Below, one piece after another: positions 39,025 to 49,671 of a stretch of 64,000 nt of DNA. Positions within the stretch are counted from its first letter, which is position 1; each line of letters begins with the position of its first letter. Source of the stretch: Mobula birostris (taxonomy: Eukaryota); the NCBI RefSeq assembly GCF_030028105.1, contig NC_092376.1, positions 85,386,733 through 85,450,732 of the forward strand, given 5' to 3'. The notes below the pieces were generated by a model that ran no database searches, had not been told where the DNA came from, and saw nothing but the letters and a program-made list of their open reading frames with translations. A program made the position numbers and the translations under genes.

Positions 39025-41130
39025 CTAAGCCAATATGCCCAAGACTGAAGTTCAATACACATCATTCAGCTACCCTGGGCATGCCATGTTTTAATAACAT
39101 CCAACAGTCTATGGAATTAAGGGAAACAAGTAGTGAGATCATGGAAACTGTACAGATCGAAAAGAGGAGGTCCTTGCTGTCTTGAGGAAAATTAAAGTGA
39201 ATAAATCCCCGGGAACTGACAGGGTGTTCTCTCGGACCTCGAAGGAGACTAGTGTTGAAATTGCGGGGGCCCTGGCAGAAATATTTAAAATATCGCTGTC
39301 TACAGGTGAGGTGCCGGAGGATTGGAGAGTGGCTCATGTTGTTCCGTTGTTTAAAAAAGGATCGAAAAGTAATCCGGGAAATTATAGGCCAGTAAGTTTA
39401 ACGTCGGTAGTAGGTAAGTTATTGGAGGGAGTACTAAGAGACAGAATCTACAAGCATTTGGATAGACAGGGACTTATTAGGGAGAGTCAACATGGCTTTG
39501 TGCGTGGTAGGTCATGTTTGACCAATCTATTGGAGTTTTTTGAGGAGGTTACCCAAAAGTGGATGAAGGGAAGGCAGTGGATATTGTCTACATGGACTTC
39601 AGTAAGGCCTTTGACAAGGTCCCGCATGGGAGGTTAGTTAGGAAAATTCAGTCGCTAGGTATACATAGAGAGGTGGTAAATTGGATTAGACATTGGCTTA
39701 ATGGAAGAAGCCAAAGAGTGGTAGTAGAGAATTGCTTCTCCGAGTGGAGGCCTGTGACTAGTGGTGTGCCACAGGGATCAGTGCTGGGTCCATTGTTACT
39801 TGTCATCTATATCAATGATCTGGATGATAATGTGGTAACTTGGATCAGCAAATTTGCTGATGATGCAAAGATTGGAGGTGTAGTAGACAGTGAGGAAGGT
39901 TTTCAGAGTCTGCAGAGAGACTTGGACCAGCTGGAAAAATGTGCTGAAAAATGGCAGATGGAGCTTAATACAGACAAGTGTGAGGTATTGCACGTTGGAA
40001 GGACAAACCAAGGTAGAACATACAGGATTAATGGTAAGGCACTGAGGAGTGCAGTGGAACAGAGGGACCTGGGAATACAGATACAAAATTCCCTAAAAAT
40101 GGCGTCACAGGTAGATAGGGTCGTAAAGAGAGCTTTTGGTACATTGGCCTTTATTAATCAAAGTATTGAGTATAAGAGCTGGAATGTTATGATGAGGTTG
40201 TATAAGGCATTGGTGAGGCCGAATCTGGAGAATTGTGTTCAGTTTTGGTCACCAAATTACAGGAAGGATATAAATAAGGTTGAAAGAGCGCAGAGAAGGT
40301 TTACAAGGATGTTGCCGGGACTTGAGAAACTCAGTTACAGAGAAAGGTTGAATAGGTTAGGACTTTATTCCCTGGAGCGTAGAAGAATGAGGGGAGATTT
40401 GATAGAGGTATATAAAATTATGATGGGTACAGATAGAGTGAATGCAAGCAGGCTTTTTCCACTGAGGCAAGGGGAGAAAAAAACCAGAGGACATGGGTTA
40501 AGGGTGAGGGGGGGAAAGTTTAAAGGGAACATTAGGGGGGGGCTTCTTCACACAGAGAGTGGTGGGAGTATGGAATGAGCTGCCAGACGAGGTGGTAAAT
40601 GCGGGTTCTTTTTTAACATTTAAGAATAAATTGGACAGATACATGGATGGGAGGTGTATGGAGGGATATTGTCTGTGTGCAGGTCAGTGGGACTAGGCAG
40701 AAAATGGTTCGGCACAGCCAAGAAGGGCCAAAAGGCCTGTTACTGTGCTGTGGGTTCTATGGTTCTATGGTAACATCAGATTCCTGAAAACCAACAGTAC
40801 ATTCTGAGCCCTTTCATGGGAAGAATGTACAAGGATGATAGATTGAAAGAGTGGCTCAGAGCTTCCCTGAGAAACATCCCCACTGACTCCTGGAAATCCC
40901 TGCCTCACGATAGGTCAACATGGAGAAGAAGCATTTGCAAAGATATTTAGAACTTTGAATCTTGGTGTTGGGAGTACATAAAGCCTTTGTATTGTGGGGT
41001 AGAAATCAGACCTCTTCACAAACTATCAATTTACTAACCATGTCATCCAGCACATTTCTCATCTCAGAACGCACAAACCTTGATTAGAAGTGCATTATCC
41101 GCAGTCCCCTGAAGGACTGCCTAAGTGAAT
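39025..41130 (+). mobile_element. Old RTE/BovB-like 3' fragment split by a CR1 insertion
   Basis: Left flank QL..GH remnant; right flank IPTDSWKSLPHDRSTWRRSI, typical of the RTE C-terminus. Confidence 0.6.
39102..40770 (+). mobile_element. CR1 LINE, 5'-truncated RT region with frameshifts
   Basis: NYRPVSLTSVVGKLLE, YMDFSKAFDKVPH, GVPQGSVLGP, KFADD; (TTCTATGG)n tail; 7-bp TSD TAACATC at 39095-39101 and 40771-40777. Confidence 0.96.
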
Positions 41131-41676
41131 GTGATTCTGCAAGGCTCGTTAAGGATACCCACCACTTCAGTCATCCATTGCTCCACCAAAAGGCAACAAA
41201 GAAAATCAAAGTTCTGCAACGTTTCAGAGATGACTTCAGAAAGCTACGTCATCTGCAGCACCAATTAATGTTAGTTAAAATATGAGGGAGCTGGAGTGGG
41301 GCACGAAGAAAACTAATTTCCTTCCCACTAGGATACTATCAGCACTAATCTTGTTTCATCCTTCTCTCAGTGAGTACTGTCCTTTGTCTTGACCAAGCAT
41401 CTTGCCACCATCCATGCTTGTAACCAGTGACTCAGCTGAAATTACTTACGCAGCATTTAGGGAACCTGGCTTGACTCCAGTTTGATTTATTTCTGAGCCT
41501 TTCACCTCCCCTGGCCTTTTCTCACTAAATGAATAAGACAATCAGACAGAGAAATAATTACAGGTTTTGTAGTGAAAATATCTCAATCTATTCCCAAACT
41601 TTATACAGGAAGTAATAAGCGAGTGTCCAATTCTACAACATCTTAATGAACTCAGCATACAAAAACTAGTCCATTG

Positions 41677-41891
41677 TTACAGTGCCAGTGACCCAGGTTC
41701 AATTTCACCGCTGTCTGTAAGGAGTTTGTATATTCTCCCTGTGACCATGTAGGTTTCCTCTACATGTTCTGGATTCCTCTCACATTCCAAAGATGTACAG
41801 CTTAGCTGGTTAATTGGTGACATGGGTGTAATTAAGCAGCCTGGGCTCATTGAGCCGAAAGAGACTGTTACCAAGCTGTGTAAAAAAAAAT
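41677..41891 (+). mobile_element. V-SINE/HE1-like SINE, 5'-clipped
   Basis: B-box-like GGTTCAATTTC, CTGTAAGGAGTTTGTA, V-domain remnant, A-rich tail. Confidence 0.82.
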
Positions 41892-42268
41892 AAGGACTGG
41901 ATACCCAACTAAAACATGCATCATTTATCATTGGTCACCTGTTACACCCTGATTTTCACTAATTTTGTTCTGTTTATCATGACTCAGCAAAGAGAGGGTG
42001 GGGTGAAGAGAACGGAAGCAGAAAACACTCATTGGAATTTTCTGCTGAAACAGTGTTGCCCAACAGCAGTTGCTGACTAATCACAAAAATGGCTATGTCT
42101 ACATTTTCCATCCCTAGCCATTGAGGTTACTTATGTGAGTGAAAGCAAAGTAATCTACAATTAAAGTCGCAAACACGAGGAAATCTGCAGATGATGGAAT
42201 TTCAAGCAACACACATAAAAATTGCTGGTGAATGCAGCAGGCCAGGCAGCATCTCTAGGAAAAGGTAC

Positions 42269-42304
42269 AGTCGACGTTTTGGGCCGAGACCCTTCGTCAG
42301 GACT
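42269..42304 (-). ncRNA. Hammerhead ribozyme relic (GAAA core mutated to AAAA)
   Basis: Minus strand reads AGTC-CTGACGA-AGGGTCTCGGCCC-AAAA-CGTC-GACT. Confidence 0.65.
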
Positions 42305-42956
42305 AACTGAAGGAAGAGTTAGTAAGAGATTTGAAAGTGGGAGGGGGAGGGGGGAGATCCAAAATGATAGGAGGAGACAGGAGGGGGAGGGATGGAGCCG
42401 AGAGCTGGACAGTTGATTGGCAAAATGGATATGAGAGGATCATGGGACAGGAGACCTAGGGAGAAAGAAAAGGGGGAAGGGGGAACGATCTCTTGCTGAA
42501 CATCTACGCTCTGTCTGCCAGAAAAAGCAGGATCTCCCAGTGGCCACACATTTTAATTCCACGTCCCATTCCCATTCTGATATGTCTACCCACCTTATAT
42601 TCTGTCTGGGTCGCCTCCAACCTGATGGTATGAACATTGACTTCTCTAACTTCTGTTAATGCCCCATCTCCCCCTCGTACCCCATCCGTTATTTATTGAA
42701 AAACACACATTCTTTTTCTCTCTCTCCTTTTTCTCCCCCTGTCCCTCTCACCATAACCCCTTGTCGATCCTTTGGGCTTCCCCCCTCCCCCTTTTCTTTC
42801 TCCCTGGGCCTCCTGTCCCATGATCCTCTCATATCCCTTTTGCCTATCACCTGTTCAGCTCTTGGCTCCATCCCTCCCCCTCCTGTCTTCTCCTATCATT
42901 TTGGATCTCCCCCTCCCCCTCCAACTTTCAAATCCCTTACTAACTCTTCCTTCAGT

Positions 42957-42994
42957 TAGTCCTGATGAAGGGTCTCGGCCCGAAACATCGACTG
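42957..42994 (+). ncRNA. Minimal type I hammerhead ribozyme motif (Penelope-associated); activity doubtful
   Basis: Stem I AGTC (42958-61) / GACT (42990-93); core CTGATGA 42962-68; stem II GGG..CCC; GAAA 42982-85; ATC cleavage triplet 42987-89. Confidence 0.72.
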
Positions 42995-43249
42995 TACCTC
43001 TTCCTAGAGATGCTGCCTGGTCTGCTGTGTTCACCAGCAATTTTTATGTATGTTGCTACTGTTTAAATGTTTATTTACAACACCACGATTACTTAGGATT
43101 GAGACAAACAAGGCACCAGTGCACACCCCTTCTCTTCATCTCTGCATTTCAGCAACAAATGCAGGAAAATGTTCAAAAACATATGCCTACTCTAGTGAAT
43201 ATGATCATTCAGAAAACCAATCCAAAATACCGACTTCTTATTCTATTTA

Positions 43250-45212
43250 AAGGCTAGAGCTGCGGCTTTTAGGTCCGGGGATACCAGTCGCTACACGGAA
43301 TCCAAACGTGAACTCCGGAAAGCCATTAAGGGCGCCAAGAGGCAATATCGAGCCAAGTTGGAAGCCTAGGCTAACCAAAGGGATGCCAGTAGACTATGGC
43401 AGGGTCTAAACGAGATCACTGGGCGCAAAGAAAAGGTTGGGAATATCAATAACTGTGGCGCTTCTCTTCCTGACGAACTTAACGTCTTCTACGCAAGATT
43501 TGAACAGAAAAGGAGCGTCCCGCTCCCTCCGGATGAACCGGACCTGGTGGCATCAAGATTCATCGTCACCGAGGAGGACGTTAGAAGGGCCTTCCTGAAG
43601 ATAAATCCAAGGAAGGCAACGGGCCCAGATGGTGTTCCGGGATGGGTTCTCCGGGCCTGTGCAAGCGAGCTAGCTGGAGTGTTTGCTGACATCTTCAACT
43701 GCTCCTTGCTTCAGTCTAAGATCCCCTCGTGTTTTAAGAAGGCAACAATAATCCCAGTGCTGAAGAAGAGCAAGGTGGCATGCCTGAATGATTATCGACC
43801 TTTTGGCTCCGACATTAATTGCTAAGAAGTGCTTCGAGAGATTGGTTATGGCACAAATCAACCACAGCCTACCGGTCAACCTCGACGCTTTGCAATTCAC
43901 CTACTGGAGCAACAGGTCAACGGCAGATGTCATCTCTCTGGCCCTACATTCCACCTTAGAACATCTGGAGATTAAAGACGCATATGTAAGGCTCCTTTTC
44001 ATTGACTACAGCTCTGCCTTTAATATCATCATTCCAAATAAACTGATTCCTAAGCTCCGGAACCTGGGCCTTAGCACACAGATCTGCAGCTGGATCTTCA
44101 GCTTCCTCACAGACAGGACCCAGGCTGTAAAAATAGGGGACAAGCTCTCCTCTACAATCACTCTGAGCACCGGTGCCTCACAAGGTTGTGTACTCAGCCC
44201 CCTGCTGTACTTACTGTACACCCATGATTGTGCAGCCAAGTTTCCATCAAACTCAATATATAAGTTTGCTGATGACACAACAATTGTAGGCCGTATCTCG
44301 GGTAATGATGAGTTTGAGTACAGAGAGGAAATTAAGAACCTGGTGGCATGGTGCGAAGACAATAACCTATCCCTCAACATCAGCAAGACGAAGGAATTGG
44401 TTGTTGACTTCAGAAGGAGTAGTGGACCGCACGACCCAATTTACATTGCTGGTGCGCAAGTGGAATAGGTCAAAAGCTTTAAGTTCCTTGGGGTCAATAT
44501 CACAAATGACCTGACTTGGTCCAACCAAGCAGAGTTCACTGCCAAGAAGGCCCACCAGTACCTTTACTTCCTGAGAACACTAAAGAAATGTGGCCTGTCC
44601 CCTAAAACCCTCACTAATTTTTATAGATGCACTGTAGAAAGCATTCTTCTAGGGTGCATCACAACCTGGTATGGAAGTTGTCCTGTCCAAGACCGAAAGA
44701 AGCTGCAGAAGATTGTGAACACGGCGCAGCACATCACACAAACCAATCTTCCGTCCGTGGACTCACTTTACATCGCATGCTGTCGGAGCAGTGCTGCCAG
44801 GATAATCAAAGACACGACCCACCCAGCCAACACACTTTTCGTCCCTCTTGCCTCCGGGAGAAGGCTCAGGAGCTTGAAGACTCGTACGGCCAGATTTGGG
44901 AACAGCTTCTTTCCAAGTGTGTTAAGACTGCTGAACGGATCCTGACCTGGATCTGGGCCGTACCCTCCAAATATCCGGACCTGCCTCTCAGTTTTTTTGC
45001 ACTACCTTACTTCCCATTTTTCTATTTTCTATTCATGATTTATAATTTAAATTTTCAATATTTACTAATTTTAACTATTTTTAATATTTATAATATTTAA
45101 TATTTGTAATCCAGGGAGCACGAAGCACAGAATCAAATATTGCTGTGATGATTGTACGTTCTAGTACCAATTGTTTGGCGACAATAAAGTATAAAGTATA
45201 AGTATGTAAAGT
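43250..45212 (+). mobile_element. Rex-Babar-like LINE, 5'-truncated, relatively young but disrupted
   Basis: [36 protein letters not shown]; frameshift ~43800-43820, stop 44466; AATAAA plus (TAAAGTA)n tail 45183-45212. Confidence 0.95.
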
Positions 45213-45897
45213 ATATATTAAAAAAGCCATTAGCAACGTTTTCCAATCAGCTAAAAGCAGGTTAAACCTTCCATAACATGCTACCAAAATCTGAAGATTT
45301 TTATCTAAATAAATCCATTGTTTTTATAAATGAAAACATTTGCTTTAATTTCTTATATTGTTAGGAATATTGTAATTGTCTCTTACAGTATAACTGATAT
45401 TTCTGTAATTGTTAAAGAAATTATCTCAAGAGGTTGAGAGTTATAATATATTCTATGTCTTGTTTAATTTTGCATGCTCATGGATTAAGGTCAGGAGTCA
45501 CTGCATATACTGAATGAAAAGACTTTTTAATTCTGTCTTTATTGAACTGATACACAGCTAATCTACGTATTCTATCTCACAGATGAAATGTGTAGAGGAA
45601 TCTGGATGAATTATTGCTTCAGGAAAATTCCTAATCACAAATGATGCCAGTGTATTGAGTTGAGAACTGAAATTTTTGTTCCCTCTCTCTGCTTGGTATC
45701 TCATTCTGCACCTAAGTGAAAAATTCTTCACCTTATTTGTATTTTCTGAAAAGGCACAAAGATTTAATGATTACTAATTGGCTGAAAATTCTCAGCTCAG
45801 TGTAATTTTGAGTGTGACTGAACTATTTAACCATGTCTTTTGAAAACATTCTAAATGTAAAAGAGAGTAAGGAGATTGCTAGTCTAGAACATGAGCC

Positions 45898-46421
45898 TGT
45901 CGGGTTTCAGTGGGACTCAAGTGTAGACCAATGAATACTTTTTCACTAGGGTTTATTAGGGCGTACAAAGGCAACAGTCTTTCAAAAACAGAAGGCAGGC
46001 AAGAATCCGAAATGGCAGGCAGAGGTCTTACTGGGGAAGGCAGTCAGGCGAGGGCAGACAATCCAGAGTGCACAGGCAAAAATGAGGTCCAAGAACAGGC
46101 AAAATCCAAAACACAGAATCAGGGGAAGTCAGTTGGCAGAAGTCGCAATGACAGGCTGGAACGACACAGGTCAGAACTGGGATGAACTGGCAGAGAATGC
46201 TAGTCAAGGCAGGGTTTAGATGGACGGGGTAATGAGTGAAAATTAGAAACAGGTGGGTGCAAATGAGGAGACGAGCAGGTAATTGGAGGGGGTCCAAAAA
46301 GGAAAGGGGCTCGGCCAGAACCCGCATGGCCAGGTGAAAGAAAACAGAAATTAAAGACTGTCGTGATCCAGAGCTACCAGCAGAGGCCCTTCGACCCCGT
46401 GTTCAGGCCGGATCCTTAACA
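45898..46421 (-). mobile_element. Solo LTR (Gypsy-like, 524 bp)
   Basis: TGT...ACA termini; 5-bp near-TSD GAGCC (45893-97) / GAACC (46422-26); AATAAA on minus strand near 45953-45958. Confidence 0.72.
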
Positions 46422-46737
46422 GAACCCTAGAACAAGACAGTACTGATGGAGTACTTCGTTGTCAGAGGCGCTGAACCAATGTTCCAGCTGTCCTCTGAGG
46501 TGGAGATGGAGCACAAGATATCCCAGTATATACATTTAATCCAGGCTTGTGGGTTCTGAGGTGGGAAATGGACTAAATGACAGAATTAACACCAAATCTT
46601 GGGCCAGCGCACCTCTTTTGTGCTATGCCATTCTATGTTTTATGCAATAGTGGAATTTTTATCATTTTGTAAACATCTAATGAGAAATCTATAAATTTCT
46701 GTGAGTAAATATCCCTCAAAGAGTATCTCTACATCTG

Positions 46738-46875
46738 GTTCACAACAAGAGAAAATCTGCAGATACTGGAAATCCGGGAAACATACAGAACTTCTGGAGG
46801 AACTCAGCAGGCTAGGCAGCATCTATGAAAAAGTGTACAGTCGGCGTTTCGGGCAAAACCTTTCGACAGGACAGG
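46738..46875 (-). mobile_element. Penelope pseudo-LTR fragment with degenerate hammerhead
   Basis: Homologous to 42168-42304; minus reads GTC-CTGTCGA-AAGGTTTTGCCC-GAAA-CGCC-GACTG. Confidence 0.8.
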
Positions 46876-47727
46876 TTATCTAGCAATGAACCAGTGGTGT
46901 TTATGGGACATGCTATTTGAAATTAATATATTGGAACAATAGCTCTTCTTTTCAAGATTGCTTTATTGGCTGGTTATTGCCTTTGAGGCATCCAGAAATC
47001 AGAATGAGACTACAAAATGCTGCAGTTTGTTTCCATTATATTATAAAATCACAAAAATTCTGTTTGAATTATTCTGTCTTTTGTTGATGAATATTAAATG
47101 ATCTTCAGTGCATTTGGAGTATTTCTTTTGTAGCTTTTTATAAGTCTCTATATATCATAAAGCCAGATTCAATGGAATAATTTTGAAAATGAGTAACCAA
47201 ATTTCCTTACAACTAATTCAGCATCAGTGAATGCCTACAAGAATGATAAGGATAATAATTTAAAACTGCACAGGTGCTTTCCTACCTGCTGTCATATGCA
47301 ATTGTCACACATGTGTAATCAGATTTGCTACTCTGCCTATGCTTCTTCCTTCACTTTCAGAGAAATCATCTTACATGGCAGGAACACCACTAAAGGAAGT
47401 ATGCTACCTAAGGTCTCTGCTCTCTACAGTAATGTCTAAATATCTACTGAACCATTGATAAAACAGAGAATTTTTTTCCTTTTTTTATAATCCTGATACA
47501 GATCAACAAGAAATATATGGTATTACCCAGATCTGTGTTTCAGTAGAAAGGTAGTGGTTAATTTAAAGTATATTTTCTGGCCATGTGCCCCAATTAAAAA
47601 ATACTTAGAAAAATAACGGCACACTAATTTCCCACAGTCAAGAATTTCTGGATATACTCAATCTTTTTTCATCCATTTTCATGCACCTGAGGTTATAGGA
47701 CTCCTTAAAGCAACCCTTTATTTTTTG

Positions 47728-47830
47728 AGTAACATACACAAAATGCTGGAGGAACTCAGCAGGTCGGGCAGAATCTATGGAAGCGAATAAGCAGTTGACA
47801 TTTTGGGTTGAAACCCTTCATCAGGACTGT
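47728..47830 (-). mobile_element. Penelope pseudo-LTR fragment with hammerhead relic
   Basis: Minus reads AGTC-CTGATGA-AGGGTTTCAACCC-AAAA-TGTC-AACT. Confidence 0.8.
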
Positions 47831-47885
47831 TCGTGATTTGAAGTGGATATGTACAGCATCACAAGACCAAATTGGGTCCCATTCC

Positions 47886-47916
47886 TGTACCTAATAAAGT
47901 GGCCACTGAGAGTGTA
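47886..47916. mobile_element. Solitary Tc1/mariner-type terminal inverted repeat
   Basis: TGTACCTAATAAAGTGGCCACTGAG(A)GTG followed by TA resembles a Tc1-like TIR with TA target; partner TIR not found. Confidence 0.55.
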
Positions 47917-48569
47917 TTACAACAGTGTCATCCTGTGCTACAGGATTTAAAAAAAAGGTCTAGATTAATAAACTAGAGAAGTAAAGTTCATAAGTTCTCT
48001 TCACAGCTTGAGAAGTAAAACTCACCTTTCAAAGAATAAATGAAACATTAAGGGTTATGCAGGACTTTCTAAGAGAAAATTCTGAACTTTTGCATTCATT
48101 CTCAGGATGTACTCAGCTAGCGTTTATTAGTTGTCTAAAAGAAGCATTCATCTTAGTTTCTACAAAGGAATAATGGAACCTGCAAGGCTGTGATTGAAGT
48201 ACTGAGGTCTGAGGTAAGGGTAGCATGTTTCATATTGTGAAGAATATACGTGGCCATCCAAAAACCCCAATACCACCTTTGTTGGTACCAATATTTTATT
48301 AGTTTGAATTCACCAGCTGAAGTACTCCAATTTATTTAGCCATTGGTTTACTAACACAGTAACACATCCACGGGCTACTGCTCCTTTGGTGTTGACACCT
48401 GGCACATCACCGATTCCTGCACCCTCACAACAAGAGCCATTTCATTCCCTGAATTATCACTAAAAGGTTTATTGTCTGAAAATAAACATGCAAGTACATA
48501 GACATTTCTAAGATTAGAATGATCAATTACAGCTCAGCTGATAACAACTTGTTCGGAGTCAGAAGAAGG

Positions 48570-49005
48570 CAGGACTTGAAGATCTGATTTGTAAGGGAAG
48601 ATTGAATAGGTTAGGACATTACTCCTTAGAGTGTCGGAGAAAGAGAGGAGACTTCATACAGATATACAAAATTTTAAGGGGTATAGATAGAATAAATGCA
48701 AGTAGGCTTTTTCCACTGAAGTTGGCTGAGTCTAGAACTGGAAGTCATGGGTTAAGTATGAAAGATAAGCTATTTAAGGGGTACGTGAAAGGGAACTTCA
48801 CTCAGAGTGTGGAATGAGCTGCCAGTGGAAGTAGTGGATGTGGATTTGATTTCAACATTTAAGAGAAATTTGGATAGGTACATGGATGGGAGGGGAATGG
48901 AGGGCTATGACTCTGGTGCAAGTCAATAGAACTAGAAGTCAGATTAACAGTTCAGCATGGACCAGATGGGCTGAAGGGCTTGTAGTGTTTTATGACTCTC
49001 TGCCT
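48570..49005 (+). mobile_element. CR1 3' fragment, decayed
   Basis: LNRLGHYSLECRRKRGDFIQIYKI..., homologous to 40345-40770. Confidence 0.88.
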
Positions 49006-49292
49006 CTAAGGCAGAGTTACAGTGCTACTCATACAACTAGAGCTGAATATATTGGCTGATATTCTAGAGCATGTTCTCTCTATTGTCTCAGCTGAACATG
49101 AAGGATCCTGTATGCTCTTTCATCATTATCACATTTCTATTAATGGGAAGGTAGCTGTCAAAATCAACTGCCATGTTTCCAAACTTATAATTGTGACTAC
49201 AATTCAAATGTACTTTCAAAAATGTTCTGTGATGTCAAACCACTGGAGTTTCACTAATTGCAAATTTAATAATCTAAGCCATCCCAGATATA

Positions 49293-49671
49293 ATCTTCAT
49301 CATCATCATCATGTGCCATGTCGTTTGACATAGACGATCATAGTCCAATGACCATGATTGTTCTAGGCAAATTTTCTACGGGAGTGGTTTGCCATTGCCG
49401 TCTTCTGGGCAGTGTCTTTACAAGATGGATAACCCCAGCTATTATTAATACTCTTTAAAGATTGCCTGGTGCCAGTGGTCACATAACCAGTATTCATGAT
49501 AGGTACCAGCTGCTCATATGACCATCCACCACCTACTCCCAGGGCTTCACTTGACCCTGATTTTTGGGCTAACCAGGTGCAACATCTTGCTCAAGGGTGA
49601 CCCCCGGCTGGCGGAGGGAAGGAGTGCCTTACACCTCCTTTGGTAGAAACATATCTCCACCCCACCACCAG
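49293..49671 (-). mobile_element. Non-autonomous RTE-derived SINE-like element
   Basis: RTE/BovB-type motif GGCAATGGCAAACCACTCC on minus; (ATG)n tail 49298-49312; 12-bp TSD with one mismatch, ATCCCAGATATA (49281-92) / ATTCCAGATATA (49672-83). Confidence 0.8.

Larger units (their letters stand above)
42168..43057 (+). mobile_element. 5'-truncated Penelope-like element with inverted pseudo-LTR
   Basis: Inverted arms 42205-42485 and 42778-43057 (~93% identical by manual comparison); spacer encodes GIY-YIG C-terminus LAEHLRSV...PVATHFNS...LQPDGMNIDFSNF* (42492-42659). Confidence 0.9.
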
